Positions 46,566 to 50,950 of a stretch of 50,950 nt of DNA are shown piece after piece. The notes under the pieces were generated by a model. That model was not told the origin of the DNA. It saw only the letters and a list, made by a program, of their open reading frames with translations, and made no database searches. Each line of letters starts with the position of its first letter. Position 1 is the first letter of the stretch. Where the stretch lies: positions 1 through 50,950 of IMG/VR virus record IMGVR_UViG_3300025160_000002; one strand, written 5' to 3'. The DNA comes from a virus. Its lineage: Duplodnaviria; Caudoviricetes. The position numbers were made by a program, and so were the translations under genes.

Positions 46566-46745
46566 TCATTTAATTTTTTTCTCTATATCCAAAAGTATAC
46601 AAGCTACCTGTTTTAATAATAACTCGATCTTATGTAAGTGCCAATTAGAATGATCTTCCGGACGAGTTGTGTAGTCAGCGGGATGCTGACACTCTTGTTC
46701 TGGGTATATATCCCACCAGTCAGGAGGTGGAATAGGATCAGCCAT
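46566..46745 (-). CDS. Small hypothetical protein (59 aa, below cutoff)
   Basis: MADPIPPPDWW...LLDIEKKIK; start overlaps the previous stop. Confidence 0.6.
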   Translation of the reverse strand: MADPIPPPDWWDIYPEQECQHPADYTTRPEDHSNWHLHKIELLLKQVACILLDIEKKIK

Positions 46746-47140
46746 TAAGATTTCTTCTTAAGATAAAAGGTAAGTGCTACATAATCCCCAGCAGTTAATC
46801 CCTGGGTACTATAATTAATATCTCCAGTTTTACCTGTACCAGAATTATTAATTAGTCCTCCAATATATTCCCAATCGAATTCTTCTGAACAGTCCGGCGC
46901 TAGTGCTAAGAAAGGAATATCAGTAGTAGCATCCCATAGTAGTCTAACTGAAACCCCGGACGTTACGGATGTTAACTTCATTAGTTTTAAATCAGTAGAA
47001 GTAAATCCTAATACATAGTCTGAAGCATCAACTAATGTCGCTGCGGTTGCTTCTGCTGTAGCATCTGCGGTAATATTAACTTGTACTACTAGATTTCGAC
47101 TACCCTCTAGAAGTGTTTGTTTAGTAACTGTAATCGTCAT
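46745..47140 (-). CDS. Structural-module hypothetical protein
   Basis: Beta-rich; GGL.N...GKTGDI. Confidence 0.75.
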   Translation of the reverse strand: MTITVTKQTLLEGSRNLVVQVNITADATAEATAATLVDASDYVLGFTSTDLKLMKLTSVTSGVSVRLLWDATTDIPFLALAPDCSEEFDWEYIGGLINNSGTGKTGDINYSTQGLTAGDYVALTFYLKKKS

Positions 47141-47151
47141 AGTATTATCCC

Positions 47152-47177
47152 AAAAGGGGGGACTAATTTCCCCCCTT
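47152..47177 (-). terminator. Probable intrinsic terminator
   Basis: G6/C6 stem followed by TTTT on the minus strand. Confidence 0.65.
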
Positions 47178-47191
47178 AAATGTAAAGTTAA

Positions 47192-48142
47192 TTACGCATC
47201 ATTATAAACTACACCACCACCACCAACTAGACCAAAAGCATTGGCCTCACCAGAGACATAACACTCAAAGAAATGTCCACCAGTAAAGTCACCTGTTGAA
47301 GTAGCTCCAGCAGTATCAATAGAACTTACATAGCAGTTTCTTACCACACCGCTATTAGCCGTCCCATTAAAATCAACCCATAAAGCACCATCAACATTTG
47401 ATCTAAAAACACTGTCCTTAATGTCTACGTTAGTAGCATTACCAGAAGTAGCAATTAGGCCAGTGACAACAGTTTGGGCTGTATTCGCATAAAACAAACT
47501 ATCGCTAACATAAAAACCATCATGAGCAACACCATTAATATGCGAAGTATTGGCTATATCATTTGTAATAAATTTGCATTTATTAAATGAAATATCATCA
47601 GCACCAGTAGCTAAGTCCACTACGATAGCATAGTTTAGATTAGCTCCTGCCTCAGTAAAATAGCAAGCCTCAAAAGAAAGACCATCTACTCCTGATACAT
47701 CTAGGCCAATAGCAACATCAGCAAAATTAGCTTCCCACTGAATATTATAAAAAGTACTATTAGCAGCCGAAATAACATGAGTTGCGGCGGCAGCAGTAAA
47801 ACTAAATTTAGGACGTAAAGTTCCTGTCCCTAATCCAACTACAGCAACTCCTGCAACATCCGAAGTAATACCAGATGCAGCAGAAATATTCTCTGCATGC
47901 CCTGGCATTAGAACAATAATATCACCACGATTGGCTTTGCATTTACCAATAGCAGCATCTAAAGTACTAAGGGGTTGATGGTATGATCCCTTATTGCCAT
48001 CTGACCCACTAATACCTCCATCAGGAAGTACAGTACTGTTATTTACCCAAAAAACCTTTCCTGGATGCAGAATTTGTACAGGCACATCTCTGATGAGAAT
48101 ACCATTACTAAACCCGCCAGGATAATTATCCATTCTAGACAT
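47192..48142 (-). CDS. Beta-helix-like virion protein (possible head fibre)
   Basis: GSDGNKGS..QPLSTLDAAI..C...GDIIVLMPGH followed by short beta repeats; follows the capsid gene. Confidence 0.6.
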   Translation of the reverse strand: MSRMDNYPGGFSNGILIRDVPVQILHPGKVFWVNNSTVLPDGGISGSDGNKGSYHQPLSTLDAAIGKCKANRGDIIVLMPGHAENISAASGITSDVAGVAVVGLGTGTLRPKFSFTAAAATHVISAANSTFYNIQWEANFADVAIGLDVSGVDGLSFEACYFTEAGANLNYAIVVDLATGADDISFNKCKFITNDIANTSHINGVAHDGFYVSDSLFYANTAQTVVTGLIATSGNATNVDIKDSVFRSNVDGALWVDFNGTANSGVVRNCYVSSIDTAGATSTGDFTGGHFFECYVSGEANAFGLVGGGGVVYNDA

Positions 48143-48172
48143 TTTATAACCCTCTTTATTTTAAGAGAAATG

Positions 48173-48198
48173 GAGAGGGGATATTTCTACCCCCTCTC
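48173..48198 (-). terminator. Hairpin after the capsid gene (terminator or stabiliser)
   Basis: GAGAGGGG/CCCCTCTC stem just past the stop; weak U-tract. Confidence 0.55.
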
Positions 48199-48210
48199 AC
48201 AGTTTATTTA

Positions 48211-49119
48211 CTAGGCTCCAGGGGAACCGAACAAGGCTTTTGGATCAGACCAACCATAGGCCTCACGATAAACAGCTTTGTATTTGAGGTTATCGCTATC
48301 AAAGTCATTATCTTCTGAGAACTGAATTGGTTTACGAACCCAACGCTTCATACCATGAGGAACACCATCCACACGTAAGAACCATGCATCTGTATCTGTC
48401 AGATAATGATTCATTACAATACTAGGAATATGTCCTGCCATTTTAAGAGCATTTACATCATTATTAGAATTACCAGACTGAAGTGGTGAGTTTAGGATAC
48501 GCTCTGCTTCTGCCCATAAATCTACTGGAATGATTAGGTTTTTGATTTTAACTGCAATCTTCAAACCACGATCATTAGTATATTTACTTAGGTCAATAAC
48601 AGCTTGTTCTAATGAAGCTTCGCTTAGATCAGCAGCAGTGGATAACTCATTAGCATACGTACCACCAGATACATTTGGATGGTCGGTAGCTAGTAGTTCT
48701 TTCGCATCTCCGCCAACATAAGTTGAATTGAAAGCCCGATTATACACATTAGTAGCAACTGTTTCTTGTGTCTGACGAGCAGCATAACCAAGAGCAGGAG
48801 CTTTAAGCGAGGCAATTTTCATATACTGGTCATCTTCAACAGCTTCTGAAGTAATAATAAAACCACTAAAGTATTTAAGATGCGTATAACGAGTTATAAA
48901 ACCTTGCTGAGAGTTATCATATACAACTGATGCACCCTCATCACCCTGTGTAAATAAGCCAAAACCTACTTCACTAATATCCTCTTCAAATGCTTTTTCT
49001 GATGTATGCTCATCAAATAAAGCAGTGAGTTCTAAAGGATGTTCATTGTAAGCTCCACCAAACCAAGCATTAACACCAGGCCAGAGAGCTTTAGCAAAAC
49101 TATTACGATTAATTATCAT
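48211..49119 (-). CDS. Major capsid protein (Mu gpT-like family)
   Basis: AKALWPG, DLSEASLEQA, HYLTDTDAWF, YGWSDPKALFGSPGA; AGGAG RBS. Confidence 0.9.
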   Translation of the reverse strand: MIINRNSFAKALWPGVNAWFGGAYNEHPLELTALFDEHTSEKAFEEDISEVGFGLFTQGDEGASVVYDNSQQGFITRYTHLKYFSGFIITSEAVEDDQYMKIASLKAPALGYAARQTQETVATNVYNRAFNSTYVGGDAKELLATDHPNVSGGTYANELSTAADLSEASLEQAVIDLSKYTNDRGLKIAVKIKNLIIPVDLWAEAERILNSPLQSGNSNNDVNALKMAGHIPSIVMNHYLTDTDAWFLRVDGVPHGMKRWVRKPIQFSEDNDFDSDNLKYKAVYREAYGWSDPKALFGSPGA

Positions 49120-49133
49120 TTGTTAAGCTCCTA

Positions 49134-49697
49134 TTAAGCGTGGAATGCTTGTTCAGCACGAGTTACCATTACCCAATAACGACCCCACACTAAAGTCTCG
49201 TCATTATCTGGATACTTGGGAACTTCCACTACAGTAAAGTCTGCATTTGTACTTGTAGTAATTTCTTGTCGTGAAACACCAGTTGTAGTATCTCCTGCTG
49301 TTGCAAGGATATCAACTGTCTCACCAACTAGTTTGGTTAAAGCAGTTGCAGTTTGTGCTTCAAATAACACATCATCTACTGGAACATAATATACTACCCA
49401 ATCTGTATGAGTGTTTGCACTGTCGTCATAATAACGAACAGTTAAATCAGAAGGATTAAAATTACCTCCTACTTCCTGTGACATAGAATCTTTCTTACCA
49501 AAGCCTACAGCGACACCCAGAATTGCAGCGTCATTAGTTGCTGTAACAGCAGCTAAACCTGAAGCTAATGAAAGCATATCTCCTACGAACATATCAGCAC
49601 CATCTGTTACACCAATAACACGAGTTATACTCGTAACTGGAGCACCAGAGAATGTTTTCACAGGGCGAAAACCGTTTGGACGGTCTACATTTGCCAT
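49134..49697 (-). CDS. Capsid decoration/cement protein
   Basis: MANVDRPNGFRPV; immediately upstream of the capsid gene. Confidence 0.65.
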   Translation of the reverse strand: MANVDRPNGFRPVKTFSGAPVTSITRVIGVTDGADMFVGDMLSLASGLAAVTATNDAAILGVAVGFGKKDSMSQEVGGNFNPSDLTVRYYDDSANTHTDWVVYYVPVDDVLFEAQTATALTKLVGETVDILATAGDTTTGVSRQEITTSTNADFTVVEVPKYPDNDETLVWGRYWVMVTRAEQAFHA

Positions 49698-49737
49698 ATT
49701 ACTATTACCTCTTTATTTAAAGCGCCAAGAGGTACAA

Positions 49738-50182
49738 TTATTTTTTGAGGGAAACCTCACCATAAGTACCATCTTCGCCACTTTCTTTTGCATTTACTTT
49801 ACGGCGCATCATTAATTGTTCTTGTCTAGTAATCTCTGCTTGCTTTGCTTTTTGATCTTTGTCATATATATCCTTTTGAATACGCATAAGGATAGCTTTA
49901 CGACCACGACCAACATTTGCAATAGCAGAAGTACCTAACGACGCATTGCCATCAACATCACCAATTTTAGTATTTGTATTTTCAACAACTTCATATCCTG
50001 CTAGTTTAAATGCGTCCACTCTGGTCGAACCATCAGGGTTATTTACATCATTGACAAAACGATACACATAATTGGCGTCACGATTAGAAGCATTTAAAAC
50101 GCTACGCTTCTGCTCATGTAACGGAACCCTCTCAGGGCGATTAGCTTCGATTTGTACTTCACGAGATTCTCTTTCTCTTGTC
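49738..50182 (-). CDS. Conserved head-module protein
   Basis: YVYRFVND...GYEVV...LMRI; start likely ATG 50182-50184 region after GGTGAGG (track ORF begins 50244). Confidence 0.65.
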
Positions 50183-50188
50183 ATGGGG

Positions 50189-50851
50189 TTATGCCTCACC
50201 TTTGAATTTACCACCGCCTTCGCGGTATGCTTTAATATACTCATCTTCCTTCATGATTTTATTTCTAATAAATCTAGTTGCCATCTTTCTAGTTTCTTCG
50301 TCAGGTAGATCAGAAATAGTGTACTGTTTATTTGTTTTATTCTGCTCTACTGTAGTACGTTTTGAAGATTCGGTTACAGAAGTTTTCTTACGATTAGGGT
50401 TCATAAATTTATTAGGGAATTCTTCTTTCACTTGTTTTGTTACTTCAGCATAAATTTTTTCTAGGTCTTGTGGAGTCAATTTATCCATTCGACCATTATA
50501 TTTATCTTGTGTTAACTCTTGTACTAGTTCCGTTCCTAAACCATTCGCATATCGTTTAAGTGTAGGATCAGTATCAAACCAAGGATTTTGTTCTACCCAA
50601 TTATCATAAACTTCTTGAGAAGGGTTTCCTTGAAACACAGGAGTAGTTTCTGTTTTTTCCAAAGTTTTCATTGCATCACGAGCTTCAATAGCTTGTACAA
50701 TGTTACCTTCTGTAGCAGCAGTTTCATACTGTGCTTTTAAATCTTTCATTGCTTGTTCATATGATGTTTTACGAGAATTATCAAGCATCGTTTTAACATC
50801 ATTTAGCATAATTTTTAATTTCTTGTTTTCTCTATTTAATTTATGCAAACC
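50189..50851 (-). CDS. Putative scaffolding protein, C-terminal part (starts at 195)
   Basis: Coiled-coil, WVEQNPWF, VKEEFPNKF; in frame across the join. Confidence 0.8.
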   Translation of the reverse strand, partial: GLHKLNRENKKLKIMLNDVKTMLDNSRKTSYEQAMKDLKAQYETAATEGNIVQAIEARDAMKTLEKTETTPVFQGNPSQEVYDNWVEQNPWFDTDPTLKRYANGLGTELVQELTQDKYNGRMDKLTPQDLEKIYAEVTKQVKEEFPNKFMNPNRKKTSVTESSKRTTVEQNKTNKQYTISDLPDEETRKMATRFIRNKIMKEDEYIKAYREGGGKFKGEA

Positions 50852-50950
50852 TTTAAATAGAGGTTCTCGTGCTACAAATTCTTTAGCATCTACCCATTCC
50901 GTTGGTTCTCCTTCATACTCATCTAAAGGTTTCCAACCTTTTTCACGAGC
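50852..50950. repeat. 99-bp terminal direct repeat (copy 2)
   Basis: Identical to 1-99. Confidence 0.97.

Noticed and set aside
50852-50950. Terminal repeat as a biological DTR
   Set aside because: It is exactly 99 bp and falls in the middle of a gene, which fits an assembler k-mer overlap.
1-50950. CRISPR array, integrase/repressor, alternative genetic code, PurZ or deazaguanine pathway
   Set aside because: No repeat-spacer array or such genes were recognised; genes are intact in the standard code and TAG is used as a stop.

Overview
The window is a complete, AT-rich tailed-phage genome of about 50,851 bp. Bases 1-99 repeat exactly at 50852-50950, and the scaffold-like ORF reads in frame across that join. 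There are two divergent arms. The minus-strand late arm runs from 5525 through the join down to 34834 and encodes a trypsin-like protease, TerS, TerL, portal, GroES, scaffold, major capsid, P22-like tail/ejection proteins and a lysis cassette, consistent with a podovirus. The plus-strand early/middle arm (about 6700-34837) carries small early genes, a roughly 900-nt structured non-coding region with a tRNA-Ile(UAU), a phiEco32/LUZ24-type amidoligase/ATP-grasp/GATase cluster, an RpoE/AlgU-like sigma factor, primase, helicase, family A polymerase, exonuclease, resolvase, nucleotide-pool enzymes (GuaC, dCMP deaminase, ThyX) and free-standing endonucleases. No integrase or repressor was recognised. 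The most notable unannotated signals are: (1) a candidate CsrA/RsmA-sponge RNA with repeated CANGGAUG hairpins at about 17832-17995, directly behind a phage promoter; (2) a sigmaE-type circuit of three TAAACTT-N16-TCTAA promoters, a full sigma, a region-2-only sigma-like protein and a PDZ-less DegS-like protease; (3) long-range G-U-rich stems that bracket early genes and a multi-hairpin RNA; (4) four paralogous CC-motif GNAT-like proteins in or beside the amidoligase cluster. All calls come from reading motifs by eye; no searches or folding programs were run.
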